Assembly (NCBI GenBank): GCA_964429745.1
Contig: CAYSDI010000003.1
Coordinates: 16,958 to 66,802 of the forward strand
Reading direction: 5' to 3'
Length of the DNA stretch: 49,845 bases
Source: an uncultured Chitinophagales bacterium
Lineage (GTDB): Bacteria > Bacteroidota > Bacteroidia > Chitinophagales > BACL12
The position numbers were made by a program, and so were the translations under genes. Positions 29,601 through 38,953 of this stretch are shown here, piece after piece. Position 1 is the first letter of the stretch. Every line of letters begins with the position of its first letter. The notes below the pieces were generated by a model, which saw only the letters and a program-made list of their open reading frames with translations, made no database searches and was not told where the DNA came from.

Positions 29601-32600
29601 GGTGATGCTTCCGTCGGGATTGACCACCACAATTCCATTTGCGGGAGCGAGCACAATGGTTACCGTAGAGGGAACCAGGGTGCCGTCCGGATCGTGGTCG
29701 TTGGCCAGCACGTCGGTAGTGACCGGCGTGTCTTCCGAGGTGTTATCGGTATCGTCGTTCGCAAACGGTGGGTCGTTGACATCCAACACAGAAATAGTTA
29801 CGGTTGCTTCATCGCAAGCCCCGTCATCGTCGCAGACCTGGTAGACAAAACTGTCGGGTCCGTGGTAGTTGACATTTGGCGAATAGGTAATGGTTCCATC
29901 CGGGTTCACCACTACTGTTCCGTGAAGCGGATCGGTAACAATGGTTACGGTGGAAATGACCAATACACCGTCCACGTCGCTGTCGTTAACCAAAACCGGT
30001 ACCGTTACCGGCGTATCTTCCGGCGTGACGACTGCATCGTCAACGGCAACAGGAGGGTCATTTACATCCAGCACGGAGATGGTTACCGTGGCCTGGTCGC
30101 AAGCGCCGTCATTGTCGCAAACCTGGTAGCTAAACGCATCCGGACCGTGGTAGTTCGTATTGGGCGTGTAGGTAATGCTTCCATCGGGGTTGACCAGCAG
30201 CGTTCCATGCGCCGGGCCACTGACGATGCTCACGGAACCGGGAACCAAACTTCCATCGGAATCACTATCGTTGTTGAGTACCACAATGAGCACTGGCGTG
30301 TCTTCAGGTGTCGTTACCGCGTCATCTACCGCAACCGGCGGGTCGTTGACATCGGTCACCGTGATGGAGACCGCAGCAGCGTCGCAAGCCCCGTCGTCAT
30401 CGCAGACCTGGTAAGTATAACTGTCCGGGCCGTGGTAGTTCGCGTCAGGGGTATAGGTGATGGAACCATCGGGATTCACCACCACAGAGCCGTGCGCAGG
30501 TGGATTCACGATGCTCACCGAACCCGGTACCAAAACGCCGTCCGGATCGCTGTCGTTCACCAAAACCGGCGTGGTTACCGGCGTGTCTTCCGGCGTGACC
30601 ACAACGTCGTCCACAGCAATGGGCGGGTCGTTTTCATCGCCGACATTGATGCTCACCGTAGCCTGGTCGCAGGCGCCGTCATCATCGCAAATTTGGTAGA
30701 CGAACGCATCGGAACCAAAGTAGTCCGTGTTCGGGGTATAGGTAATCGTTCCATCAGCATTGACCACTACCGTGCCATGGGCAGGTGGTGTGACGATGCT
30801 TAAACTGCTCAGCACCAGAATCCCATCCACATCACTGTCGTTGTCCAGCACGGGAACCGTAACCGGCACATCTTCGAGCGTGCTGCGCGAATCGTCAACC
30901 GCTATGGGCGGGTCGTTGACATCGCCGACACTGATGCTAACCGTGGCCTGGTCGCAGGCGCCGTCGTCATCGCAGACCTGGTACACAAAGCTGTCCGGGC
31001 CGTGGTAGTTCAGAGAGGGCGTGTAGGTAATGCTGCCGTCCGGATTCAGCGTAACGGTGCCGTGAGCCGGTCCGCTGACGATGCTCACCGAAGTGGGCAC
31101 CAACGTTCCATCGGAATCACTGTCGTTGACCAACACAGGAACAGTCACCGGGGTATCTTCTGGCGTGCTGGCAACATCATCCAGCGCTACCGGAGGATCG
31201 TTGACATCGCCAACGCTTATGGTCACGACGGCCTGATCGCAGGCGCCGTCATCATCGCAAATCTGGTAGGTAAAGCTGTCCGAGCCGTTAAAGTCCCCGC
31301 CGGGAACATAGGTTATCGTACCGTCAGGCAGCACCGTGATCGTTCCGTTCGAAGGGCCGCTGAGCACCACCAGCGAGCTCAGTACCAAGGTTCCATCCGG
31401 ATCGTTGTCGTTGTTCAGCACCGCGATGTTGACCGGCGTGTCTTCCAGTGTTGACGCTGCGTCATCCACCGCAATCGGCGGGTCGTTGACATCGCCAACC
31501 GTGATGGTAATGGTGGCCTGGTCGCAGGCACCGTAGAAATCGCAGACCTGGTAGGTGAGCACATCCGTTCCGAACCAATCTGGCTCAGGGGTGTAGATCA
31601 CTTCGCCCGTAATGGGATCGGCGTAGGCAGAGCCGTGAGAGGGACCACTGATCACCGTGACGCTTGCGGGATCGAGCGGACCATCGGGATCGCTGTCGTT
31701 GACTAACACATCAACCGTAACCGGCGTGTCCTCCAGGGTTGTTTCCACGTCATTCACCGCAACAGGGGGATCGTTGACCGGACCAACTGTCAGCGTTACG
31801 GTAGCCTGATCGCAAAGGCCGTCATCGTCGCAAACCTGGTAAGCGTAGCTGTCCGGACCGTTGTAATTCAGTGTGGGCGTGTAGGTAATGCTGCCGTCGC
31901 CATTCACAGTAACTGTGCCGTGGGCCGGGCCACTAATGATGCTCACCGAACCGGGAACCAAACTTCCATCGGGATCGGAATCGTTGCCCAACACCGCGGT
32001 GGTCACCGGGGTATCTTCCAGGGTAGAAGCCACATCGTCCACCGCAATAGGAGGATCATTCACATCCTGCACATTGACCGTAACGGTAGCTACGTCGCAG
32101 GCGCCATCGTCGTCGCAGACCTGGTAAGTGAAGCTGTCAGGACCGTGGTAATCGGAATCGGGCGTGTAGGTGATGCTGCCGTCCGGGTTCACGAAAACCG
32201 TGCCATTGGCGGGTTCGTCCACCACTATAACACTGCCAGGATTCAGGCTTCCGTCCGGATCGCTGTCGTTGCCCAATACGGGAATGTTGATCGGGGTATC
32301 CTCCGGGGTGCTGACCACATCATCTACCGCAATCGGCGGATCATTGACGTCCGTAACCGTCACATAGACCGTTGCCTGGGCACAAGCTCCGTCGTCATCG
32401 CAAACCTGGTAGACCAGGCTGTCCGGACCGTGGTAATTGGGATCGGGCGTGTAGAGCAGGCTGCCGTCGGGTTGAACGGTCACGTCGCCGTGAACGGGAG
32501 GGGTGAGCACCACGACTGAACCGGGCAACAAGCTGCCATCCGGGTCGCTGTCATTGGCCAAAATGGGAATGCTCAAGGGCGTGTCTTCCGGCGTGCTGGC

Positions 32601-35039
32601 CACATCGTCCAGGGCCACCGGCGGATCGTTCACGTCGGTAACCGTGACCGTGACCACGGCTGCGTCGCAACCGCCGTCATCGTCGCAGTACACGTAAGTG
32701 AAGGTCTCCGTGCCGTGCCAATTGGCATTAGGCGTGTACGTAATGCTGCCATCCGGATTCACCACAGCCGTACCATGGGCAGGTGCGCCGGCAATGGTCA
32801 CGTTGGCCGGGTTGATCGGGTTGTCCGGATCGCTGTCGTTGGCCAACACAGGAATAGTTACGGCAACGTCCTCCGGTGTAGTGGCCGCATCATCCACGGC
32901 AACAGGCGGATCATTGACTGGCAAAACGACGATAACCACCTGCGCTTGCGCACTCAGGCCATCGTTGTCGGTAACCTGGTAGGTCAGCGTGTCGGTGCCG
33001 TGCCAGTTGGCATTTGGCGTATAGGTTAACGTGCCAGACGGGTTGACCACTACCGTTCCGTTTTGCGGGGGAAGGATCACCGTCACCGAGCCAGGAACGA
33101 GCGAACCATCGGGATCGCTGTCGTTGGTCAGCACGGGCAGGGTGATGACCACGTCTTCCGGGGTGGTGTACACATCGTCTACGGCCAATGGAGGACAATA
33201 AGAGCGCAACTCAATTCCCTTAACCGTGAAACAACCGCAATCCGTTTCCAGGCGCACAAAATAAGTTCCCTCAGTTGTAAGCGTCAACGAGCTCAGCAGA
33301 CTGGTGCCGTTTACCGCGCTCATGGAGTCAGCGTGCACCGTCAAGGTGCCGTCATCGCTGCCTGGAAAATTCATCGGGATGGAAACGGAAAAACTTCCAC
33401 AGAAATCAAACTTGCGCGCGCCCAGCAAACGAGCGTCAATGTTGGTGATGGTAATGGTGTCGTATTGATCAATGCACCCTCCGGCGCGGCTGCGCACCCA
33501 GTAAGTGCCCGGCTCAGTTGCCGTCAACTCGGAGCCGGTGCTGCCGTTAGACCAGAGAAACTCGTCGGCGGTAATGCGCGTCTGCAAGTTCATGGGCAGC
33601 AGATCGCGGTTGCAGGCAATTTGGTCCGGCCCGAGGTTGGGCTGCGACAGCCCGAAACGGGTGTAGTAACCGTACACCGTTGATGCCCCGAGGTTGTTGA
33701 GAATGGCCATGTGGAAGTTGGACGTGGTGTTCTCCACAAAGTTTTGGCCAACGGGCAAGCCAAGGTTGGCGTAGTACGACTTCCATTGACCGCCAGTACC
33801 GGGTACGACAGTAAACGATGAGGCTGAAATCAGCGATGGATTGCCGTTGATGATAAAGTCATCTTCACTTCCGGTCGGCACCAAAATCATCAGGCCAAAC
33901 TGACCGGAGGAGGTGCGCACAAAACCCATTTCAGAAACTCCGCTGCAACCGATAGGGGGCATTTGCGAATGCCCGAGTTCGCCACCAATTCCCGCCATGT
34001 GCATGACGTAAGTGGGCTTGGACGTAGTAATGTAATGCGAAACTCCGGTGAAGGAGCGGCTGTACTGTTCACCGCGGTTTATCGTGGCCACGGGTGTGCT
34101 GCCGCCATCAATATAAACTTGCGTGCTGTTTTGTGTGGCCAAAACATAGATGCGTTCGTTGGAACCGCCGTTGCCTTTAACCGCAATGTATTCTGTTCCG
34201 ATGTGTTCAATCGGGACAATCTGGTCGCCACACAAATCCCAGTGTCCGGGCACGAAAACGTTGTCGTCAAAAATGGTTACCGCAACCGGTTTGGTCGAAG
34301 TGACCTCTGACCCGTTCAGACGATCGGAAGGATTAAGGCCAATGGCGAGGGCGGAGTAGGTTTCCCCGCGGTCAAGCATGATGATAAAGGCTCCCGCAGG
34401 CAAGGGATGGCCCACCATGTCGTTTTTGGGCGTGATGGTGACTTCCGTGTTGTCTTCTGTTGCCACCACCACGAAACCACTTCGACCAGGCAGACTGGTA
34501 TTGTTGACAAAGGCCGTTTGCGCGGGGATGAAAAAGTGGCGCCCCAGGGCTACGTCGCCCTTCAGGTTGAAAATACCGGGATTAACCGTGCTGGCTACTT
34601 CGTAATATGCCGTGGCCACACCAGTTACTTCCAACAGCAATCCTGTATTGAGCACAGCATTGAAGGGTGAGCTTTCGATCAGCGCCTTGTACGGGGTCAG
34701 ATCCATGCTGTGGAATTCACCCGCTGGGATGTTGACCACGATGGGCGTAAAGGTGGGACGAGCCGGCATGGACAGCGTGGCTGTAATGGCTTCTGTGTAG
34801 GTGGTAATGCGCAGAAAGATCGGCGCATCGCCGTGCAGTTGGTCCACCTCAGGGGCCACAAACCAGCAGCCTCCACCCTGGATTTCGATGTCGCACTGGG
34901 CCTGGACTTGCCGGGGCATGGCCACCCAGAAAAACAGCAACAGCAAGGCTATAGGGTAAAATCCCAGCTTGCAAGAGCCAGCATTATGCCTATTAATATG
35001 CCTGGAAAAAGATAGCATTCGGTTCATCGGAGCGTTCAT
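26655..35039 (-). CDS. Giant T9SS type-B adhesin-like protein: IgGFc-binding-like N-terminal domain, 22 cadherin/Big_9-like repeats, CHU_C-type C-terminal domain
   Basis: Signal peptide ending VQA-Q; VVVATEDNTEVTI, STKPVAV and DQIVPIEHIGTEY (IgGFc-binding-like); 22 repeats of about 95 aa (NDPPxAxDD ... TPED ... DxDG ... YTP); C-terminal domain IPEVFTPNGDGFNE ... FNRW ... WDG ... LPDGTYFY ... GFVAIQR. Confidence 0.92.
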   Translation of the reverse strand: MNAPMNRMLSFSRHINRHNAGSCKLGFYPIALLLLFFWVAMPRQVQAQCDIEIQGGGCWFVAPEVDQLHGDAPIFLRITTYTEAITATLSMPARPTFTPIVVNIPAGEFHSMDLTPYKALIESSPFNAVLNTGLLLEVTGVATAYYEVASTVNPGIFNLKGDVALGRHFFIPAQTAFVNNTSLPGRSGFVVVATEDNTEVTITPKNDMVGHPLPAGAFIIMLDRGETYSALAIGLNPSDRLNGSEVTSTKPVAVTIFDDNVFVPGHWDLCGDQIVPIEHIGTEYIAVKGNGGSNERIYVLATQNSTQVYIDGGSTPVATINRGEQYSRSFTGVSHYITTSKPTYVMHMAGIGGELGHSQMPPIGCSGVSEMGFVRTSSGQFGLMILVPTGSEDDFIINGNPSLISASSFTVVPGTGGQWKSYYANLGLPVGQNFVENTTSNFHMAILNNLGASTVYGYYTRFGLSQPNLGPDQIACNRDLLPMNLQTRITADEFLWSNGSTGSELTATEPGTYWVRSRAGGCIDQYDTITITNIDARLLGARKFDFCGSFSVSIPMNFPGSDDGTLTVHADSMSAVNGTSLLSSLTLTTEGTYFVRLETDCGCFTVKGIELRSYCPPLAVDDVYTTPEDVVITLPVLTNDSDPDGSLVPGSVTVILPPQNGTVVVNPSGTLTYTPNANWHGTDTLTYQVTDNDGLSAQAQVVIVVLPVNDPPVAVDDAATTPEDVAVTIPVLANDSDPDNPINPANVTIAGAPAHGTAVVNPDGSITYTPNANWHGTETFTYVYCDDDGGCDAAVVTVTVTDVNDPPVALDDVASTPEDTPLSIPILANDSDPDGSLLPGSVVVLTPPVHGDVTVQPDGSLLYTPDPNYHGPDSLVYQVCDDDGACAQATVYVTVTDVNDPPIAVDDVVSTPEDTPINIPVLGNDSDPDGSLNPGSVIVVDEPANGTVFVNPDGSITYTPDSDYHGPDSFTYQVCDDDGACDVATVTVNVQDVNDPPIAVDDVASTLEDTPVTTAVLGNDSDPDGSLVPGSVSIISGPAHGTVTVNGDGSITYTPTLNYNGPDSYAYQVCDDDGLCDQATVTLTVGPVNDPPVAVNDVETTLEDTPVTVDVLVNDSDPDGPLDPASVTVISGPSHGSAYADPITGEVIYTPEPDWFGTDVLTYQVCDFYGACDQATITITVGDVNDPPIAVDDAASTLEDTPVNIAVLNNDNDPDGTLVLSSLVVLSGPSNGTITVLPDGTITYVPGGDFNGSDSFTYQICDDDGACDQAVVTISVGDVNDPPVALDDVASTPEDTPVTVPVLVNDSDSDGTLVPTSVSIVSGPAHGTVTLNPDGSITYTPSLNYHGPDSFVYQVCDDDGACDQATVSISVGDVNDPPIAVDDSRSTLEDVPVTVPVLDNDSDVDGILVLSSLSIVTPPAHGTVVVNADGTITYTPNTDYFGSDAFVYQICDDDGACDQATVSINVGDENDPPIAVDDVVVTPEDTPVTTPVLVNDSDPDGVLVPGSVSIVNPPAHGSVVVNPDGSITYTPDANYHGPDSYTYQVCDDDGACDAAAVSITVTDVNDPPVAVDDAVTTPEDTPVLIVVLNNDSDSDGSLVPGSVSIVSGPAHGTLLVNPDGSITYTPNTNYHGPDAFSYQVCDNDGACDQATVTISVLDVNDPPVAVDDAVVTPEDTPVTVPVLVNDSDVDGVLVISTVTIVTDPLHGTVVVNPDGTITYSPNVNYHGPDSFVYQVCDDDGACDEATVTISVLDVNDPPFANDDTDNTSEDTPVTTDVLANDHDPDGTLVPSTVTIVLAPANGIVVVNPDGSITYTPDPGWNGTDHYSYQVCDDDGACDQAMVTITVGDVNDPPIAVDDTEFTPEDTPVTTVVLNNDYDTDGFLVPASVTILVAPSHGTLVVHPDGSITYTPEPDYFGTDAYTYQVCDDDGACDAAVVTITTGDVNDPPVAVDDAAFTVEDTPVTTTVLANDHDPDGWLVPGSVTIVIAPANGTVVVNPDGTITYTPSPDWFGVDVYTYEVCDNDGLCDDAQVTVAVGDVNDPPIAVDDIVSTAEDTPITVPVMANDSDPDGFLVPASVSILDVPSNGLASVNPDGSITYYPNPDWYGTDTLVYQVCDDDGACDQALVIITIGDVNDPPIAEDDIASTPEDVAVVIPVLINDYDPDGYLVPGSVTVVTPPTNGTVTVMPDGSMVYTPNADWNGNDSYTYQVCDDDGLCDDATVTILVGDVNDPPVAVDDALPGSEDTPINVVVLSNDYDIDGMLMPGTVLVLTAPLHGSTAVLADGTVTYSPDLDWNGVDSFRYQVCDDDGLCDDAWVVISIGTVVDGPVAVNDLITTPEDSAITVDPLVNDSDPDGDLDPTSVAITGGPSHGTASVDPATGNVTYTPDTDWYGLDTIGYVVCDLTGLCDSALIIILVTPVPDAPVAVDDYASTPEDVPVTIDILANDFDVETDINPGSVTILTDPLFGTVTVNPDGTVTFTPGEGFFGTDSFRYQVCDFTDLCDDAWVFVTTGEVPVALVAVDDAASTPEEQPVVIPVLVNDIPGDYPIVPGSLDILTDPVNGTLSVDLATGVVTYTPFDDWCGTDGFEYLICDTWGHCDTAWVTIVVACVDLVANDDVASTPAGEPVAIVILANDSPNADPDCVTLLTTPLHGTVVINPDGSVLYTPEIGYVGVDCFTYEVCDNLGVERDDALVCITMAEVDIIIPEVFTPNGDGFNETFEIIGIEQFPDNQLMVFNRWENLIYQADSYASQWDGTNMTNGEMLPDGTYFYVLVLDPNQKDSPIFKGFVAIQR
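26945..33195 (-). repeat. 22 tandem coding repeats of about 285 bp (95 aa)
   Basis: Counted from the translation; protein-level similarity is high while DNA copies differ visibly at synonymous sites. Confidence 0.88.
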
Positions 35040-35072
35040 TTCACCGGTGGGAAACCGGTCGGGAGAGATAGT

Positions 35073-35996
35073 TTAGAAAACCGGCGAACTCAGTTGCCGG
35101 GGGTACAGGAAACGCGCGGGGTTGCGCCCAATGTCCATCCCGACCAGCAGTTCGTGGCTGCCGCCGGTTTGCGCACTGAACGCACCAAGGGTCAGGTCGT
35201 AGGCATACCCGAACCGAAGTCCGGAAGCCATTTCATACCCCAGGTTAAAGACCGCTGTGGAAGAGCTGCGGTAGCCGACTCCGGTCCAGAAGCGCTCGGA
35301 GATTAAGACACTCAAATTGCCCTCCGCCTGAAGAGGCGCCCCTTCCGCCATCAAGAGCAAGGCTTGCGGGTGGAGTTTAACATTGGGGTTGACCTTCCAG
35401 GCGTAGCCTCCCATGGCAGCATAGTGCCGGGACTGACTAGCCTGCGAGCCTGGCAGATCCGTGATGGCACTTTGCGCCAACTGAGGTGCGCTTAAGCCGG
35501 CGTACCAGGTTTTGGAATGATAGTACACCCCGGCGCCTGCATTGGGAAACCAATGGTTTTGGTTGCGCTGAAGGTTTGGGTCATTGCCATCAAGTGGCAC
35601 AGCATTGGTGAGCGCCAATTGCTGGTTCACTAAACCAGCTTGGAGGCCCACCGAAAGTTTGCCCTTGCCAACTGGAACGCGGTAAGCCCAATCCGTGTAG
35701 AGCCCGGTGCTTTGAGCTAGCCCCAAACGGTCGTGGACCAATTGGAAGCCGAGGGCAAGGCGCTCCTGGCGAAGGGGGGCGTGCAGGCTCAGCGAAAGTG
35801 TCTGAGGAGCCTGGTCCATACCGGTCCACTGATGGCGGTACAAAGCGGCCACAGAAAGCACATCGCGCGCACCCGCATAGCCGGGATTGAGCGCCAGCTT
35901 ATGAAACAGAAACTGAGCATAGCGCGCTTCCTGCTGAGCACTGGCCGTTGAAGACAGGCCAGCGATTAATACAATAAGATATATAATGTTACGCAT
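35073..35996 (-). CDS. PorP/SprF family T9SS membrane protein
   Basis: QQEARYAQFLFHKLALNPGYAG, YRHQWTG, HDRLG, GYAYD, GSHEL. Confidence 0.92.
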   Translation of the reverse strand: MRNIIYLIVLIAGLSSTASAQQEARYAQFLFHKLALNPGYAGARDVLSVAALYRHQWTGMDQAPQTLSLSLHAPLRQERLALGFQLVHDRLGLAQSTGLYTDWAYRVPVGKGKLSVGLQAGLVNQQLALTNAVPLDGNDPNLQRNQNHWFPNAGAGVYYHSKTWYAGLSAPQLAQSAITDLPGSQASQSRHYAAMGGYAWKVNPNVKLHPQALLLMAEGAPLQAEGNLSVLISERFWTGVGYRSSSTAVFNLGYEMASGLRFGYAYDLTLGAFSAQTGGSHELLVGMDIGRNPARFLYPRQLSSPVF

Positions 35997-36007
35997 AACA
36001 AATCATA

Positions 36008-38212
36008 TTATTTAGCGCGCTTGCCGGTATTGACAGGAATTTGCTCTTTGTCTGTGCTGTTGATTTCCTGGTTAAGCCCGGTAATGCGGAACTGTGTGCG
36101 GCGGTTGAACTGGTGCTCCTGATCCGTGCAGGCCACATCATCAGCGCAGCGGTTGCGCAATTCCGATTCGCCATACCCCATAGCGACAACACGCTCCGGC
36201 TCCACGCCCAGTTTAACCAGGTAGGTTACCGCCGACTCTGCGCGCTGCTGGCTCAGCTTGCGGTTGTACGCTTTGCTGCCGCGGGCATCCGTGTGCGAAC
36301 CGAGTTCAATGGTGATCTTGGGGTTACGGCGCATGAATTCAGCCAATTGAATCAGGTCCTGCTCACCGTCCTGCCGGATAAAGGCTTCATCAAAGTCGTA
36401 ATAGATGTTGTGCAATTCCACCGTCATTCCAGCGTGCACGGGGTCGAGTTCAATGAACACGTCCGTCTCGGTATCGCGTACCAGGACGTCGCGGCTAACG
36501 GGCAACACGGCGTCAGCGTAGCCCTCCACGCGAGCGCCCAGCGTGTAATCGCAGGAGCGGGAAATGGGCATGCTCAGGCGGCCCTCGTCGTTGCTTTCAA
36601 AGCGGTCGGACGTGCCCGAACAACTGTTGTCCCAAGTAAAGGAAACTCCTGGGATGGGCTTGCGGGTTTCGCTGTCCAGCGCGTGGATGTTGATTTTAAT
36701 GCGATCCAATTCCAGCGGAATGACGACCGTCTCCGTTGCGCCGAGCAGCGGGGTTTGAATTTCTTTGCGACCGTTGGCATAGCCTTCGTGATTAGCCAAC
36801 AGCGCTATAGCGATGTCTTTGGGCAGGTCAAGGGCAAACTCGCCTTTCTGGTCGGCCACCAGGTTTTTGTCGGAAGGACCGCCGATGATGCGGACATCAG
36901 CTCCGGGCAGCGGTTGGTTGGTCAGGGCGTCCACCACCAGGCCGTTGACCCGGACCCAGTTGTGGTTCATGGAATACAAGTCATCGCCTCCAGAGCCTCC
37001 CGGGCGGTTCGATGCAAAGTATCCTTTGCTGCGGTCTTGGTTCCAGATGAGCCCAAAATCATCCCAGCGAGAATTCAACGACCAGCCCATGTTCTGGGTC
37101 TTGCGCCAGGAGCCCTCTTCAGGAGCAGCGTAAAAAACATCCAGTCCACCTAAGCCGGCATGGCCGTCAGAGGCAAAATACAACGTGCTGTCCGTGTGCA
37201 GAAAGGGGAACATTTCATCGCCTTCGGTATTAATGCCGCCACCCAGGTTGACCGGCTTTGACCAGGAACCGTCCACGCGGCGGCTCATGTACAGGTCAGA
37301 ACCCCCAAAGCCACCGGGCATGGTGGAACTGAACACCAGGGCGTCGCCGGAAGCCAACAGCGCCGGAGCCGAATTGGAGTAGTCTCCGCTGTTGAAGTTC
37401 AGCTCCTCAACTTTGCCCCAATTGTTGCGCCCGCTGCGCTCCGCGGTAAAAATTTTGAGGCGCACGGTGCGCGCGTTTTCTTCTTTGACTGATTCGCTGA
37501 CGCTGTTGTTGCGGGTAAAAAAGATTTGCTGGCCATCCGCGCTAAAGGACAGGGGTCCTTCGTGGTGCTTGCTGTTCAGCGCAGGGCCTCCAAAACGCTC
37601 CGGCTCCCGGAATCCCTGATCGGTCTCGATGGCATAGAACAGGTCCAGGTAAGGTTCCCCGCTCCAGGCGCTCACTTGATCGCCGCCACGGCCGTCTTCA
37701 CGCGCTGAAACAAAAACGAGCCCGCCTTCGTAAAAGGCCGGCGCAAAATCGGAGAAGGGTGTGTTGAATTCGAGCGGCTGCAAGGTGTATCGCCCCTCGT
37801 CGCTGTAATAGCCCACCATTTGGTCGCAGGCAGCCTCAAAGCGAATTCCCCGGGAATCTTCCGGGCGCAAACGGGCATACTCGCGGAACCAGTACTCCGC
37901 TTCCTGGCACTTGCCGTTGCTCTGCAGCATTTGGCCGTAGTACAGTTTGAAAATGGGGTTAATGCTGGATTTACCAACAGCCTGGCTGTACCAGTATTCT
38001 GCTTTTTCAAAGTCCTGGGTCAGCCGGTAACACTCAGCCAGGTTGATTTTGGCCTGCGTAATGTCTTCTTTTTCCAGAATACGCTCGTAGAGTCCGGCGG
38101 CTTCATAAAAGGCATAACTGTTGAAGAGCTTGTCAGCTTTTTCCAACTTAGCGTGTTGACCAAAGACCGCCATAGAGGTGGCCATGAGGACGAAAAGGAC
38201 TGTTCGTTTCAT
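36008..38212 (-). CDS. PorE-like protein (TPR - PD40 propeller - carboxypeptidase-regulatory-like domains - OmpA_C)
   Basis: N-terminal TPR helices; FSSTMPGGFGGSDLY and YFASDGHAGLGGLDVF PD40 repeats; NIYYDFD, IELGSHTDARG, LSQQRA and NRRT OmpA motifs. Confidence 0.92.
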   Translation of the reverse strand: MKRTVLFVLMATSMAVFGQHAKLEKADKLFNSYAFYEAAGLYERILEKEDITQAKINLAECYRLTQDFEKAEYWYSQAVGKSSINPIFKLYYGQMLQSNGKCQEAEYWFREYARLRPEDSRGIRFEAACDQMVGYYSDEGRYTLQPLEFNTPFSDFAPAFYEGGLVFVSAREDGRGGDQVSAWSGEPYLDLFYAIETDQGFREPERFGGPALNSKHHEGPLSFSADGQQIFFTRNNSVSESVKEENARTVRLKIFTAERSGRNNWGKVEELNFNSGDYSNSAPALLASGDALVFSSTMPGGFGGSDLYMSRRVDGSWSKPVNLGGGINTEGDEMFPFLHTDSTLYFASDGHAGLGGLDVFYAAPEEGSWRKTQNMGWSLNSRWDDFGLIWNQDRSKGYFASNRPGGSGGDDLYSMNHNWVRVNGLVVDALTNQPLPGADVRIIGGPSDKNLVADQKGEFALDLPKDIAIALLANHEGYANGRKEIQTPLLGATETVVIPLELDRIKINIHALDSETRKPIPGVSFTWDNSCSGTSDRFESNDEGRLSMPISRSCDYTLGARVEGYADAVLPVSRDVLVRDTETDVFIELDPVHAGMTVELHNIYYDFDEAFIRQDGEQDLIQLAEFMRRNPKITIELGSHTDARGSKAYNRKLSQQRAESAVTYLVKLGVEPERVVAMGYGESELRNRCADDVACTDQEHQFNRRTQFRITGLNQEINSTDKEQIPVNTGKRAK

Positions 38213-38326
38213 CGGGTTGGGGAAATATGAAATCCCGATGCAATGTATTCGGGGGAGTACCCCTATTCCATATAACCATCGCGCAACATGTGACAGGGTT
38301 AGATGGCCCTTCCGTCCTTTGGAACT

Positions 38327-38953
38327 TTAGCGAAGCGCAATGGCAAACCCGGCCCAGGCGCTCAAATAGCCCACGAAATAGCCGGCCAAAACTTCTCTCC
38401 CCGTGTGCGCTTTGAGCGCCAATCGGCTGCTCCCGACCAGTCCGGCAGCCAGGACCACCGTATAAAATACCCAGGTAATGTCGTCGGAGACCATGGGCAC
38501 CAGGAACATAGCAGTTGTGGCCAGCGCACCGACGCCGCTCGTGTGCATGCTCACCTTTCCCCAGAGCGAATTGACCATCAGCCCAACGAAGACCGAAATG
38601 CAGGCACCGAGCAGAATGGCTTGAAAAACAGCGGGTTCCTGGGTGCGCTGGTAGACCACGTAGGCCCAGATGTAGAAAAAACCGGTGGCGATGTAGGGCA
38701 AAATCCGGTCCTCGCGCCGGCGAAGGTTGGTGTGCTCAATAAACTTGAGCGCCGCCATCAGCACAATGCTGAACGCGGGAAAAAACGCCGTCAGCAGCAA
38801 CACGCGAAACAACTCAAAGCCCTTTTGAGGCAGGGCATAGGCCGAAAACAGGTAGCGGTTACCAAACAGATAGATGGCAAACCCATACGTGGGAATGAGC
38901 AAAGGGTGAAAAACCGTCGAGAAAAAACGGGCCAGAAAGCGGAAAATAATCAT
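38327..38953 (-). CDS. Integral membrane protein, PAP2-like
   Basis: Several TM helices; FHPLLIP, KVSMH, SSRLALKAHT; ATGA overlap with rpoN. Confidence 0.75.
   Translation of the reverse strand: MIIFRFLARFFSTVFHPLLIPTYGFAIYLFGNRYLFSAYALPQKGFELFRVLLLTAFFPAFSIVLMAALKFIEHTNLRRREDRILPYIATGFFYIWAYVVYQRTQEPAVFQAILLGACISVFVGLMVNSLWGKVSMHTSGVGALATTAMFLVPMVSDDITWVFYTVVLAAGLVGSSRLALKAHTGREVLAGYFVGYLSAWAGFAIALR

Noticed and set aside
28212-30803. 863-aa plus-strand ORF and the many ~79-aa plus-strand ORFs across 27040-33029
   Set aside because: Antisense shadows of the repetitive adhesin. They recur with the 285-bp period and have unnatural Arg/Ile/Val/His-rich composition.
26945-33195. Regular repeats considered as a CRISPR array or diversity-generating retroelement
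   Set aside because: They are in-frame protein repeats with no unique spacers, and there are no cas or reverse transcriptase genes in the window.
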